This document shows, piece by piece, positions 13,874 to 26,757 of a DNA stretch of 64,000 bases. The position numbers were made by a program, and so were the translations under genes. Source of the stretch: Mytilus californianus (Eukaryota). Below the pieces are notes generated by a model. The model was not told where the DNA came from and did no database searches. It saw only the letters and a program-made list of their open reading frames with translations. Each line of letters begins with the position of its first letter. The first letter of the stretch is position 1. The DNA lies in the NCBI RefSeq assembly GCF_021869535.1, contig NW_026262593.1, positions 13,392,001 through 13,456,000 on the forward strand, read 5' to 3'.

Positions 13874-15681
13874 CCTCTATTTGTGAAATTATTACGAAAT
13901 TATAAATAGCCTTATATTCAAATGGGATAGTTATGTGGACTTTATATGTTTGTATCAATGCATACTTGATGTTGAATAGCACTCCTTTTTTTTTAAATAT
14001 TTTAAACGAAATTGTCTTGCGTTATCGTTCTATCTCTAAATATTTGATAAATTCAAAAGAAATAGGTGACACCATTTTTTTCAATTGAAAACACGACATT
14101 TAGTTAAATACTTTGTAGAATAATCGCTTTAAACAAATATTTTCGAGTTTAAGCCCTTTATGAATAACATTTGGGAAAACCTATGAGTGTCCGAATTATG
14201 ACCTAACAATTAAAAGTGACCTACTGACAATCACCATTAAACCAGGTCAAGTCACGAAATTAATATTATGAAAGACAATAAACTTGACCATTTCCTCCGT
14301 AAAGTTAAATATTAAGCTGATATAAACCTTTGATATAACTTTTATAAAATCCGGTATGAAATGTAGACGTCAATGCATTATAATATTCAGATTTTCAAAT
14401 GGCAGAACTCCTTTTAAAATCGATGATCGGCGGTGACTTTCGAACTCGTCCGAGATATTGTTGATATATACCATTAATATAAATTTTATACAAAACAAAA
14501 AAAACTGAGGTATGAGAGGGCTTAAAGGACCTGATGGATGTTTAGATTTAGTCTGTATCCTCCCTTTTCCCGCGAAATATGGCATGGGACAAAGTTGTTT
14601 CGAACATATTTATAAAATTTATTCATTTATGCATTTATATATTTATTTATCTTTTGCATCTTTTAAAATAATTTTGCTATCCGACGCATCTCGTGGTCGG
14701 CTTTAACATCATGCAGCTCTGTTTCAAACTTCATTTCCGTTCGTGAAACGAAAACACGACGAGACAAGATATATTTTTGTTTCATCCGGGACATTTAATT
14801 GTTAAGTACACTGAAAACATCAAAGATATTTTACCTGTAATCATGTTTAAGTGCAATGTTATTGACATACATCTTACAGAATGGAGGTAAAGTTCAAAAT
14901 ATTTGTGAAACGAGGCGTGGAGATCTACAAATTAAGGATGGGTGTTAACTTCGTGGGAAATGACTGGTTTTCATTCATGAAACAAGGCTATCTTTACAAA
15001 CAAACATTATACTAAAGAGGCAAATAAAGTACTTTTTTCAGAAAATGTTTAAAGGTAATAAAATACGTACATAAGTTCTGTTCACTGACATATAACGTTG
15101 TCATATAAATCATGATGAAGAATCTAAATCATTAACATATTTTTTTGCAAAACTTTAAATTCATATTTTGTTAAAACGGGTTTTATCAAATATTTTGAAA
15201 ATGGCAAAATATATAGGTTGTAAGTGTTTACAATGAACACTAATTTAAATATTAAAAAAAAATAATTATAAACAAATCAATCACTTGTAAGACGTTTACA
15301 TAAAGCAGTTTTCTAATATCATAAAAATACTGATTTCAATATTGAAGAATATAAATAATATCGCCAGTATATAAGGATACCTAAAAGAGGGTATAATATA
15401 CTAGGATATGCTTTGTTTTTTTACAAATATCAGTGAAAAATGTTTTTATAACGTTTAATTTGTAATTTAAGCAAAACTCTGTAATCTTGAAGTCCCTTTA
15501 TATAGAACTCTTTTGTTGTCTCTAACAATTATTTAAACAAAATACCATGTATTACTACACTTCTTTTTCAAAACTTCTTGTGATTTAGTTTTACATGATA
15601 CAGAATCTTGACATCTAAGTTTTATCTATTTTTTTTTTTAAATAATTTAGAAAATCATTATCTTGACAGTATAAATAATAG

Positions 15682-16706
15682 AACTAGAGGCTCTCAAGAG
15701 CCTGTGTCGCTCATCTGTATCTTCTGTGGTTTTGGAAATAATGTAAAATAAGGTTTAAATCATAATAAATAGTATTAGATACCCTAATAATGATTGAGGC
15801 CAAGTTTGGTTTAATTTGGCCCAGTAGTTAAATTAAAAGCAGGTCATCCCACTAGTAACTAGACTTACAATAGTTACTGAAGACCCCTTATCATTTTTTA
15901 AAGTAGTTTTCAAATTGTGACCAATTGAAATTGTTTTTTGTTTACAATTTTCCCTAAGACTTCTATAGTAAATCCCTATGTTCTATTTTTAGCCATGGCG
16001 GCCATGTTGGTTAGATGACAGGGTCATCGGATACATTTTTCAATCAAGATATCCTATTGAAAATTGTGGCTAAGTTTAATTCTATTTTCCCAGTAAATTC
16101 AGTGGAGAAGATTTTTGTAAAAGATTAAAAAAATTACGAAAAAAAATGTTTAAAATTTGACTAGTAAGGGCAATAACTCCTTAAGGGGTCAATTGAAAAT
16201 TTTGGTATTGACTTATTTGTAGATCGTACTTTGCTGAACATTATTGCTGTTTACAGTTTTTCTCTATCTATAATAATATTTAAGATAATAACCAAAAACT
16301 GCAAAATTTCCTTAAAATTACCAATATTCAGAGGCAGCAACCCAACGGGTTGTCTGATTCGTCTAAAAATGTCAGGGCAGATAGATCTTAACCTGCTGAA
16401 CATTTTTTCGCCATTTCAGATTTGCTCTAAATACTTTAGTTTCAGAGATATAAGCCAAAAACTGCATTTTACCCCTATGTTCTATTTTTAGCCATGTCGG
16501 CCATCTTGGTTGGCAGGCGGGGTCATCGGACACATTTTTTAAACTAGATACCCTAATGATGATTGTGGCCAAGTTTGGTTAAATTTGGCCCAGTAGTTTC
16601 AGAGGAGAAGATTTTTATAAAAGTTAACGACGACGGACGACGACGACGACGGACGCCAAGTGATGAGAAAAACTCTCTTGGCCCTTCGGACCAGGTGAGC
16701 TAAAAA
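15682..16706 (+). mobile_element. non-autonomous Helentron/HINE (Pearl-like) element
   Basis: 5' AACTAGAGGCTCT-CA-AGAGCCT hairpin, subterminal GCTCATCTG vs 3' CAGGTGAGC, internal core repeats, GACG/GAC microsatellite, 3' hairpin around GGCCC-TTC-GGACC, ends in TAAAAA. Confidence 0.85.
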
Positions 16707-16849
16707 CAAAGGATATGGGGTATCCATCCAAGACACAAAATCAGTACATGCACAGCAAAAACACACAATTGAAAGCGAAAGCCGCGGAACAAAAAAGAAG
16801 CATGTTTAGCGACAAATGAAAATGAAAAGTCAATCCGCAAGAAATCTAA

Positions 16850-16934
16850 CCCGAATAATTTAGTCGTTTTAAATCGCTGCTCTACTATTGCTAGTAGGAT
16901 AGGTCGATTACGGGGAGGGACTGAATTATTCGGG
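16850..16934. mobile_element. 85-bp MITE with 16-bp TIRs (piggyBac-type ends), degenerate copy
   Basis: CCCGAATAATTTAGTC...GACTGAATTATTCGGG. Interior is the reverse complement of the 19759-19856 copy. Confidence 0.75.
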
Positions 16935-16952
16935 TTACATAAAAAATATCCT

Positions 16953-17066
16953 GAATATACCCGGTAACAAGATTAAAGATGAATATACCCGGTAATAAGG
17001 TTAAATGTGAATATACCCGGTAACAAGGTTAAAGATGAATATACCCGGTAAAAAGGTTAAATATGA
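16953..17066. repeat. 28-bp tandem repeat, 4 units
   Basis: GAATATACCCGGTAACAAGGTTAAAGAT repeated. Confidence 0.9.
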
Positions 17067-17515
17067 TTGATAAACTTTCTTGTCTAACCCCAAGACATAG
17101 CAAAATGCAATGTAAATTCTCTTACTTTATACATGATTGACGAATCATGGAATATGAAAGGTTGAATGAAACCAATGTTTCTTAACAATTATACATACAT
17201 TGTAAGTGTGAGAGATGATCCCAATGACCGAATGAATTTATAAATGGTGACTGTTTTACGTTTCCATCACTATATATATTCGATACATAATTATGGGGGA
17301 CAGTATTCAGTAAACCTGCATGTGTAGATGTAATGTCAAATTCATTCCATTATTTAAGCGCTTAATTACTCATGCATTTGCTGAGGATATAAGTAATATA
17401 TAAAACTTCAACAATATCTTATTATTTCAAACTTTAATCAAGTGGAATTTTTTGCTATCACCAAAAATCCTATACACTGCTTGGAGCTGACCTTGTTAAC
17501 AAATGCCCTACTGAC

Positions 17516-17590
17516 CTTCTTGTGGTCTGTCTGGCACAGAGGGCAGTGAACGGGTTCTCCACAGCCCTCAATAAAGGGTATAAAAGAAAT
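17516..17590 (-). CDS. candidate exon (ISFIPFIEGCGEPVHCPLCQTDHKK), phase 0-0
   Basis: Strong acceptor gtctttttgtgttcacag, donor AAG|gtcagt, locally GC-rich, CxxC motif. A second in-frame AAG|gtcagc donor lies 24 nt further on. Confidence 0.4.
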
Positions 17591-17806
17591 CTGTGAACAC
17601 AAAAAGACTGATAGTATCAATTTAAGTTGTAATGTCTTCATTCATAGAATAATTGTTTCATTCATGAACATGTGGCTCTTCACCTTTTATTTCAAAGGTC
17701 AGAGGTCATTATGGAAATTTACATGGAAACAGGGTCATACAAAGGAGAATGTCCGTTCATTCCCACCAGGTATCAATGACCTCTAGACACAATAAATCAT
17801 GCTCAC

Positions 17807-17861
17807 TTGATGACTTGATGAATTCTTCACTTCACTAGAGAGGTCATCGAGTAGACGTGAA
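17807..17861 (-). CDS. candidate exon (xSRLLDDLSSEVKNSSSHQ), phase 2-0
   Basis: Acceptor tctttatag, donor CAA|gtgagc. Phase-compatible with both neighbours. Confidence 0.35.
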
Positions 17862-18225
17862 CTATAAAGATTTCACCATACAGGGGATACAATACTTAGG
17901 ACATATCATGATATAGAAAGTGGGGGTAAACGTTCTCGATTTTGGTACTATCGAAATATGCAAAACGTATAAAGGTGACCGTGAAATGTACAACTCTTAC
18001 TTTTTTTAAATACTAAATAGTCATGACTATAAGTTTTTGATAATTTGTTAAAAATGCAGAGAACTTATTGTTCATGTAGTAGAATAGGAAGTCAATCAAC
18101 TCTCCATGCTCATGCAGTCGTTTCTTCTATATAGCAGTTCATTGCAATCGACATTTAGCATTGCTGTGATTTTTTTAACATACACTTGGATGCAAGCATG
18201 CAAATGTTTTCAATCAAACTGGTTT

Positions 18226-18302
18226 ATTGTAGGCCGTCCGGGTCCTTAATTTGGTGGAAAAAATTGTAGGCCGTCCGGGTCCTTAATTTGGTGGAAAAAA
18301 AT
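18226..18302. repeat. 37-bp tandem duplication
   Basis: AGGCCGTCCGGGTCCTTAATTTGGTGGAAAAAATTGT at 18231 and 18268. Confidence 0.9.
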
Positions 18303-18323
18303 TCTTTTCTTTGATGAACTTAC

Positions 18324-18366
18324 TGTAGGTCAGCTAGTATGCATGGTGGATCTATTACAGTGGCAA
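18324..18366 (-). CDS. candidate exon (xATVIDPPCILADLx), phase 1-2
   Basis: Acceptor tatgactag, donor ACA|gtaagt. Joins in frame to 17861. Confidence 0.35.
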
Positions 18367-18714
18367 CTAGTCATACATAAACTATTCGCTTTATTGTATT
18401 GTTTCTCACACTATTTGGTTTAGCGTCTCTATTTTATTTAAATCAACCATGATACCAACAATTAGTGTTTCACCTCAATAATTTGACTTGTAAAGAAGTT
18501 TTCAGATGTAAAATGATATACTGACAACATACGGAGGGGAATGAACGGTCAGGTTATAAACCCTTTGCAAAAAGACATCCCGTACGTACTTCATACAGAG
18601 AACGTCACTAATTTTGATTAAGCATTTTTTTCATTCGTCTTACCCTACAAAATGACTTTATGGAAATACCATTGATAATACGCGTGAATTGTCTAGCTTG
18701 TGCTTCTTTAATTA

Positions 18715-19030
18715 ACACTTTGTTCTTATGTTGTGCTATTGCACCACTGCTCCAGGTTATAGGTGAAGGTCGAGCGCTATCAAACATAGTTAACCAAGGA
18801 TCATGTGATATCAATGGTTGTCGTTGGTTGCTGTCTTCTTTATTTGTTTTTCGTTTGTTGTTTCAAGCATAGGCCGATGGTTTTCTCTTTTGAACTGTTG
18901 AACATTTTGTCATAATGTGGCCTTCTATAGCTTACTATGCAGTATGGGATTTGCTCACTGTTGAAGGTCGTTCAGTACCCTAGAGTTGTTGTTGACTCTG
19001 ATGGATAGTTGTCTCATCGACAATCACCCA
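18715..19030 (+). mobile_element. diverged copy of the Penelope-associated 3' repeat
   Basis: GTTCTTATGTTGTGCTATTGCACCACTGCTCCAGGTT...GATGGATAGTTGTCTCAT is collinear with 63455-63800. Confidence 0.7.
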
Positions 19031-19758
19031 AAACGTTTTAATTTTTTAATTAAAGGGTACAAAAGGACTAAAAAAAAATTTTTTTTTTGAAAAATGTGAT
19101 CGAAACAAAATTACGGCCCCATATTTCAGGTAAAGAAAACTGGTTGGTGTCTTTCCTTATTCATGGTAGGAAAATGGTTGGTGCCAAAACATTAGTCGTA
19201 TAACAGAGGTAGTGGGGTGTGAGGGTGGACTTATATGAAATATGAAGTAAATGTAGTTGTTTTTTTTCAGAGGAACCTTTTTTGATCTGACTTCAGATTT
19301 TAGTGGACATTTTAGAACGGATGTAAGTTTTACTAGTTTAACTTTTGCCGGACGGAATCCCTGTACACAATCTGAAACAAGCGATGATTCGATAAGTATC
19401 TCGTATAGAGAACGAAATTAATCTAAAAAAAAATAAAAAAATAAAAAAAAATACATTTACAGTCAGAATTAATGTCCTGAAAATATTTTTTACTATTTTA
19501 TATACTATCAATATTTTAGATTTCATGATTACGTTTATACGGACAGAGAGTATTTATATCCTGTTACCACCCGACTAATTATGCTGTAATATACCAGAAC
19601 GCTATTATAAACACTTCCTGATCAATGCAGGATAGAGAGTAATTAAAATCCAATAACATGGTCAAAGGTCATCAATTAAAATAACATGGTTAAAGCTGTC
19701 ATCCATTACCTTACTCCATTAGGGACTATCGTGGTGTGGGTTATTTATACATATTTAA

Positions 19759-19856
19759 CCCGAATAATTCAGTCCCACCCCGTGATCGACTCTCCCACTC
19801 GCGAGGTTAATGTAGCCATCGTAGAGCAGTGGAATATAACGACTGAATTATTCGGG
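19759..19856. mobile_element. 98-bp MITE with perfect 16-bp TIRs and TTAA target-site duplication (piggyBac-type)
   Basis: TTAA|CCCGAATAATTCAGTC...GACTGAATTATTCGGG|TTAA. Confidence 0.85.
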
Positions 19857-21000
19857 TTAATACATATTATGAAATCACGGTCTCTATAGACGAAACAAAT
19901 CAGCAGGGAGACTTTGCCATACATATTACTTGTTAATATGAGTATAAGAAGATGTCGAGTATACGCAACTCAACGACAGAAATAACCTTTTTACAACAGG
20001 CTTTTTTCCAAGTATTTAATGATATTATCTCAATACGTAAAGAATTAAAAATTCAACATCATGAATATACTTGAAATATTAGCCATATGTCGTCTTAAAA
20101 CAACGATCAAGTCGCACGTATATATGAATGCTAGCTTTCTGGGGGATGAATGAACTTACCAATCGATCAATAATCCACAAATATACACACACATAAAAAA
20201 CTAAAATAAAATAACTTTTACATTTTCCTTATAAACAATGAATATCTGATTTAAATTTCTCCTGAACAGAAAACGAGTACTGCACTTGAAAGTATAAACT
20301 CAATACATGCGAGTCAATTCGTAGATTTGATTGCATCAGAAAATCTGCAATTATAAAAAAAAATCACGAATTCAAAGCATGACTACGGTTTCAAACGTGG
20401 AAATCAAAACAAGACATGCATACCAAGTTTCACTTCCATCGTTTTAATGATTTTGTTCATCTGTTTAATCATATACAATATATGAATGCCGTAATCCGAA
20501 AAATTATCCCATGCATTCAAATATTCAAATATAACATATCAATGTATTTGAAATTGTCTCATGCATGTTTGAAACTATATTGGGTATACATTTAATAGTC
20601 AGGATCTACCTTTCAATAAGACTAGGTAAGGAGTTCAAAAATCAAAATTAAACAGTTAGTAAACCTTGCTCAGTTTCAAATCGCTTTTTAGCAGGTACGA
20701 TAAATAACCAAACGGTAACATAGAATTCTAAATATGAAGTAATGTATGTGTGGAGCTATAAATCCAACGGGGTCATCTACATATTTTTTTACGAAAGCTT
20801 TGGCAAACGGTGTTTCAATTCTGATTTCCTTTTTTACAGCCGAGTTATCTCAACTTGTATTCATAATATCAAACAAAACCTTAATCTAAGGTAAAGCATG
20901 TTCCAAACAGCACACGGAAATAACATTCTGATGAAAGAAAAGAATACAGACCCTCCTTCTACGGTTGGTCAAGTGGCATAGGCAGACTTTCATAAAATTA

Positions 21001-21672
21001 AGGTAAGAGCGAATGTCCTAACATTGTGTCGTGTTCCAGTAAGGGTCGAGCGTCCTAAAGGTTGTCATGTTTCAGTAAAAGGCGAGTGTCATAACATTGT
21101 GTTGTGTTCCAATAATGGTCGAACGTCCTAACGTTTGTCATGTTTCAGTAAATGGCGAGTGTCCTAACATTGTGTCGTGTTCCAGTAATGGGCGAGAGTC
21201 CTAATAGTGTGTCATGTTCCAATAATGGTCGAACGCCCTACAGCTTGTCGTGTTCCAGTAAAAGGCGAGTGTTCTTACGGTTGTCATGTTTCAGTATAGG
21301 GCGGGCGTCTCAACGTTTTGTTATTTTCCGGTAAAGGGCGAGCGTCCTAAAGTTTGTCATGTTTCAGTAAAGTGCGAGCGTCTTAACATTGTGTCGTGTT
21401 CCAATAATGGTCAAACGTCCTAAAGTTTGTCATGTTTCAGTAAAGGGCGAGTGTATTAACGTTTTTTTGTTTTGCAGTAAAGGGAAAATTTCCGAACGTT
21501 TTGTCGTGTTTCAGTAAAGGTAGAGTGTCTTATCATTTTGTCATGTGCAAGTAAAGGGCGAGTGTCTTAACAGTTTGGGGTGTTCCAGTAAAGGGCGAGT
21601 GTCTTAACAGATTGTCGTGTTCCAGTAAAGGGCGAGTGTTTTTTTACCATTATGTCATGTTTGGTAAAGGGC
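21001..21672. repeat. 36/37-bp minisatellite, ~18 units, with alternating subunits at the 5' end
   Basis: AGTAAAGGGCGAGTGTCCTAAC... units alternate ...GTTGTCATGTTTC and ...ATTGTGTCGTGTTCC endings. Confidence 0.9.
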
Positions 21673-21731
21673 ACAGTCGCACAGATACATAAACGACAGA
21701 GATGTCGTATTTATAATCTGCAAGGCATTAC

Positions 21732-21793
21732 CAAAGATCTGGTGCAATACTCTACACTTCATTTCAGGAAATGTATGGTTGTGCACTTGAAAA
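21732..21793 (-). CDS. candidate exon (xFQVHNHTFPEMKCRVLHQIFx), phase 2-1
   Basis: Acceptor ctctgtcttaatcag, donor TTG|gtaatg. Joins in frame to 18366. Confidence 0.35.
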
Positions 21794-22280
21794 CTGATTA
21801 AGACAGAGGCATTGTCCGATGGTACATTGGTTATACTTGTTTTGGATGAATACACGTCTATTGATATGTGTCAGACATATATCAAACACTGATATACAGT
21901 TTATGCATGGTATTGTAGAATACAGTTTTGTAGTACCTGCACATACAGTTGTGTGACTTGATAGTTCCTATTGACTACGGGTACCGTCGGTCAAACATGT
22001 CTTCAGTATATCTACACACATATAAGAGTAATAATAGCTGTCTTCAAATTTTTAGTTTGATTTACAGTATTTAACCATCATTTATCTGTCCAGTGATATC
22101 CTCGAGGTTATATCTCGTTTATGCAGTTGGACTTCTCTTTTTATCTGATGTCCAGTTGTCATGGACGTCTGGTCAGAAACATGAATTTAAAATTGCATGC
22201 ATTCTCATGCATGGCGAATTAACAGGATGAAAAACTTGTAAAAATCAAATGAAAAATGGATAAAGCTGAAGGCTTATAGA

Positions 22281-23145
22281 TATAAGAAGATGTGGTATGA
22301 GTGCCAATGAGACAACTCTCCATCCAAGTCAAAATTTATAAAAGTAAACCATTTTAGGTCAAAGTACGGTCTTCAACACGGAGCCTTGGCTCACACCGAA
22401 CAGCAAGCTATAAAGGGCCCCACAAATTACTAGTGTAAAACCATTCAAACGGGAAAACCAACGGTCTAATCTACATAAAAAACAAGAAAGAGAAACACTT
22501 ATGAACCACATCAACAAACGACAACTACTGAACATAAGATTCCTGACTTAGGACAGGTGCAAACAATTGCAGCGGGTTTAAACGTTTTAATGGTACCAAA
22601 CATTCACCCTTATCTGAAACAATAGTGTAACATCACAACATAGAAAGACACACTATAAAGTATCAATTGAATTGGCTTAACTCAATCAAAAGACATATTA
22701 ACACCAGTGAACATACACTGAACAAATAAATTTGATCTATGATACAATGTAAATACAAAAAAAAAAATAAAGTAAGGGAAGAATAATTAAAGTAACATGT
22801 TATACCGCTGTGAAATGTTAAACAATTTAAGAAAACAATATGCTTGAACAAAAATATCAGCCATTTGCAATTACTTTAAACACAGGTAAATGAAAATAAT
22901 TTTGTTGATAGGTATACGTGTACAGTTCAAATAGAGAAAGGAAATATCTTTACAAAATAAATAATTTTGATGTTCATAGTACGAAGAAGTGAAAATCTAT
23001 AGTAATACCAAACAATTATCAAAGCTGGTATATAGACCATATATAACCCCGAATAACATTAAATAACAAAAAAGCATTACAATTAGTATCAACAGGTCAA
23101 ATAAACAAGAAAGTACGATTTGAGAGTACTCGCAGTTACTGACAT
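22281..23145 (-). mobile_element. long copy of the Penelope-associated 3' UTR repeat
   Basis: Begins with ATAAGAAGATGTGGTATGAGTGCCAATGAGACAAC. Contains reverse complements of GAGTTAAGCC (63423) and TGTCAGTAACTGCGAGTACTCTCA (63299). Confidence 0.8.
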
Positions 23146-23910
23146 TTATATATAGCGAAGAAACAAACAGTCATCAAAAATGCAAAAGAACAAAAACAAA
23201 ATGCAAGTTAAATATATATGAGGTGATATATATAATTTCAAATAGGGATAAACCACCAAGTGCAATAATGATGACGTCGCCCTGTCGATATAAATCATTA
23301 GTAAATATTGCTTTTCGGCCCGGTCCAATACGGGAAAAAAGCCGAAAAGCCATACATGATTTTCACATCAGGTGGCAATTCTTATAAAAATACGCGGGAA
23401 GGATTACAAGCAAACGGGATTATAATATTATAACATTCAAAAGATCCACTTCAAGGGGTTGAATCAAATAAATGCACTTAATTGTGACTCGTGTACTTAT
23501 AAGGCCCCTTTTAGGCTTGACTAGTTCCACACCAGTAGGCGAAAACAGCTAAATTCACTTCATTTTTGTCAGATGAGAGCGGTGTACATGTTCACACACA
23601 ATTAATGAATGAAGTTTGTCTCCAGCTTACCAGGGATAATCTCTCAGTAATTATGAAATGGGAAGGGTCAATACGCCACGCACAGTCATTCACGTACAAG
23701 TAGCCAATTATGTTATTTTTAAGCCGATTTTCTATCATTACATTTAGTTATCAAGAGTTCGAAGGAAACGGTTATTACTTTCATTCTTATTCACACCTAC
23801 ACGTCTATATATGCAATGTTGAACACAAATTATGAAACAATCAAATACTAATATAGCACTGGAAGTTCACTTTCATATAACAATTATCAGTTCAACAGAG
23901 TATACATGGT

Positions 23911-26339
23911 ATAATAAAATGCTTCGCTGGGCGCAGCTTGATACGACCGCAGAGGTCGAACCCTGAACAGTTGGGGCAAGTATGGACACAACATTCAAGC
24001 TTGAAACAGCTCTGAATTTGGATTGTGATTAAATATTTGACACAGCATAGGTTCTGACACAGAAAGAATGTGGTCTAAGAACTTCAATTTTTTTAATTTA
24101 CCTATTATGGTCCAATGTCCAAAATCAAAATACATGGTTAGATTCAGCATATCAAAGAACCCCATATATTCAATTTTTGTTGAAATCAAACAAAATTTAA
24201 TTTTGGACCCCAACTTGAACAAACTTGAAAACTGGTCCCATAATCAAAAATCTAAACACATGTTTAGATTCAGCATATCAAAGTACCCCAAGAATTCAAT
24301 TTTTGTTAAAATCAAACTAAGTTTAATTTTGGACCCTTTGGACCTTAATGTAGACCAATTTAAAAAACGGGACCCAAAATTAAAAATCTAAAAACACGGT
24401 TAGATTTGGCATATCAAAGAACCCCAATAATTCAATTTTTGATGAAATCAAACAAAGTTTAATTTTGGACCCTTTTGACCTCAATATGAACCAATTTGAT
24501 AGCGGGCCCACAAAATAAAAAATCTAAATACATGGTAAGATTCAGCATATCAAAGAACCCCATATATTCAATTTTTGTTGAAATCAAACAAAGTTTAATT
24601 TTGGACCCCAATTTGGACCAACTTGAAAACTTGGCCAAAAATCTAAAATCTAAATACATGTTTAGATTCAGCATATCAAAGAACCCCATATATTCAATTT
24701 TTGTTGAAATCAAACAAAGTTTAATTTTGGACCCCAACTTGGACCAACTTGAAAACTGGTCCCATAATAAAAAATCTAAACACATGTTTAGATTCAGCAT
24801 ATCAAAGAACCCCAAAAATTCAATTTTTGTTAAAATCAAACTAAGTTAAATTTTGGACCCTTTAATTTGGACCTTAATGTAGACCAATTTAAAAAACGGG
24901 ACCCAAAATTAAAAATCTAAATACACGGTTAGATTTGGCATATCAAAGAACCCCAATAATTAAATTTTTGATGAAATCAAACAAAGTTTAATTTTGGACC
25001 CTTTTGACCTCAATGTAGACCAATTTGAAAACGGAACCAAAAATTAAGAATCTAAATACACGGTTAGATTCGGCATATCAAAGAACCCCACTAATTCAAT
25101 TTTTGATGAAATCAAACAAAGTTAAATTTTGGACCCTTTGGACCTCAATGTGGACCAATTTAAAAACGGGGCCCAAAATCCAAAAACTTAATACACGGTT
25201 AGATTCAGCATATTAAAGAACCCCAAGAATTCAAGAATAAAACCCCATTGAAATTGATCAAGAAATAAGCAATTTATACGAAGTATCTTCTTTTGCACAA
25301 TACTGTGCAATTGAATATTTCTTGCTATTGTGCAATACTGTACAATTGACAATTTCTTGCTATTGCGCAATATTGTGATATTGGATATTTCTTGCTATTG
25401 CGCAATACTGTGCAATTGAAGATTTCTTGCTATTGCGCAATACTGTGCAATTGAAGATTTCTTGCAATTGTGCAATACTGTGCAATTGAAAATTTCTTGC
25501 TATTGCACAATACTTATTATATAATAATTTACACATCCTGTTTGGTGTGTATCTCCTACCATATCATTATTATTTGCTTTTAAATATAAATCAGAAATAA
25601 CCAACTTAAAATGGAAAATTTTAAAAGAAAAAAAAAAGGAAAAAAAGAAAAAAAAAGAAAAAAAAAAAATTCCCCCCCCAAATTTTTTGAACCCCCTTAT
25701 GATTCATCACCCCCAAACTCAATCCCAGCCTTCCCTTTGTGGTATGGTACCTTGCAGTACAATTTCAGAGAGATCCATACACTTGAACACAAGTAATTGT
25801 CTGGAAACTAGAAAAATGCTTATTTTTGGCCCCTTTTTGGCCCCCAATTCCTAAACGTTTCGGGCAATTACCCCCAAACTCAATTCCAGCTTTCCCTTTG
25901 TGATATGGAACCTTGTAGTACAATTTCAGAAATATCCAAACACTTACACACAAGTTATTGTCATAAAACTAGAAAAATGCTTGTTTTTTGCCCCTTTTTT
26001 GGCCCCTAATTCCTAAAATTTTGAGGCAATTACCCCCAAAATCAATTACAGCCTTCCCTTTGTGATATGGAACCTTGTGGTACAATGTCAGAGAGATCCA
26101 TACACTTACACATAAGTTATTGTCTGGAAGTTACAAAAATGCTTATTTTTGGCCCCTTTTTGGCCCCTAATTCCTTAACTGTTGGTACCATAACCCCCAA
26201 AATCAATCCCCACTTTCCTTTCGTGGTATTTAACCTTATGGTAAAATTTCATGGAGATCCATTCACTTAAACTAAAGTTAGAGTGCGAAAACCAATGTGT
26301 CTTCGGACGACGCCGGACGACGACGACGACGACGACGAC

Positions 26340-26371
<32 letters not shown>

Positions 26372-26430
26372 CGCCAACGTCATACCAATATACGACCAAA
26401 AAATTTTCAATTTTTGCGGTCGTATAAAAA
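23911..26430 (+). mobile_element. 2.5-kb non-autonomous Helentron/HINE-like element with nested tandem arrays
   Basis: Subterminal ATACGACCGCA (23941) vs TGCGGTCGTAT (26415-26425), 3' hairpin at 26389-26426, (GAC)n at 26307-26376. Internal arrays of ~125-135 bp (24130-25230), 35 bp (25295-25512) and ~160 bp (25690-26290). Confidence 0.85.
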
Positions 26431-26613
26431 CCTCTATATAATCATGACCTTTCTTTCTACATTACTAGTACTTAGCATTCAAATCTATTCGATATTAAAC
26501 GAATGTGAATAGCGTCACTGTCTAGATATTTTTCCAAACTTTATTATTAACTTCTTTCCATCATTTCAAGTCTACGAGCATGCAAGTAATGGCATTGAAA
26601 ATCTTTGATCTAC

Positions 26614-26757
26614 CATCTTCTTTTCCTTCTAGTTGATAGGTTGTTGTATGTAATATGCGCATGTAGAAATAACGCCTTTTCGATTTGTTCAGTTTTCCCA
26701 TACTGGTGTTCATGTGATATTACCTTTATGCGCTCAGCGAACAACATTACAGGTATA
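26614..26757 (-). CDS. candidate exon (xIPVMLFAERIK, extendable to ...RRKRRx)
   Basis: Very strong acceptor ctgccttgttctcgtccacag. Donor AAG|gtaata at 26723 (short form) or ATG|gtagat at 26613 (long form, 47 open codons). Confidence 0.3.

Noticed and set aside
17438-17641. 67-aa ORF resembling a signal peptide plus Cys-rich secreted peptide
   Set aside because: The 'hydrophobic leader' is a polypyrimidine tract ending in CAG. The region is better explained as an acceptor plus internal exon. A secreted-peptide reading is not excluded but is unsupported.
23995-25216. ORFs of 60-126 aa on both strands
   Set aside because: They lie in the core tandem repeats of the HINE-like element.
26175-26512. 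Poly-Val and poly-Arg (protamine-like) ORFs
   Set aside because: They are translations of the (GAC)n microsatellite inside the transposon.
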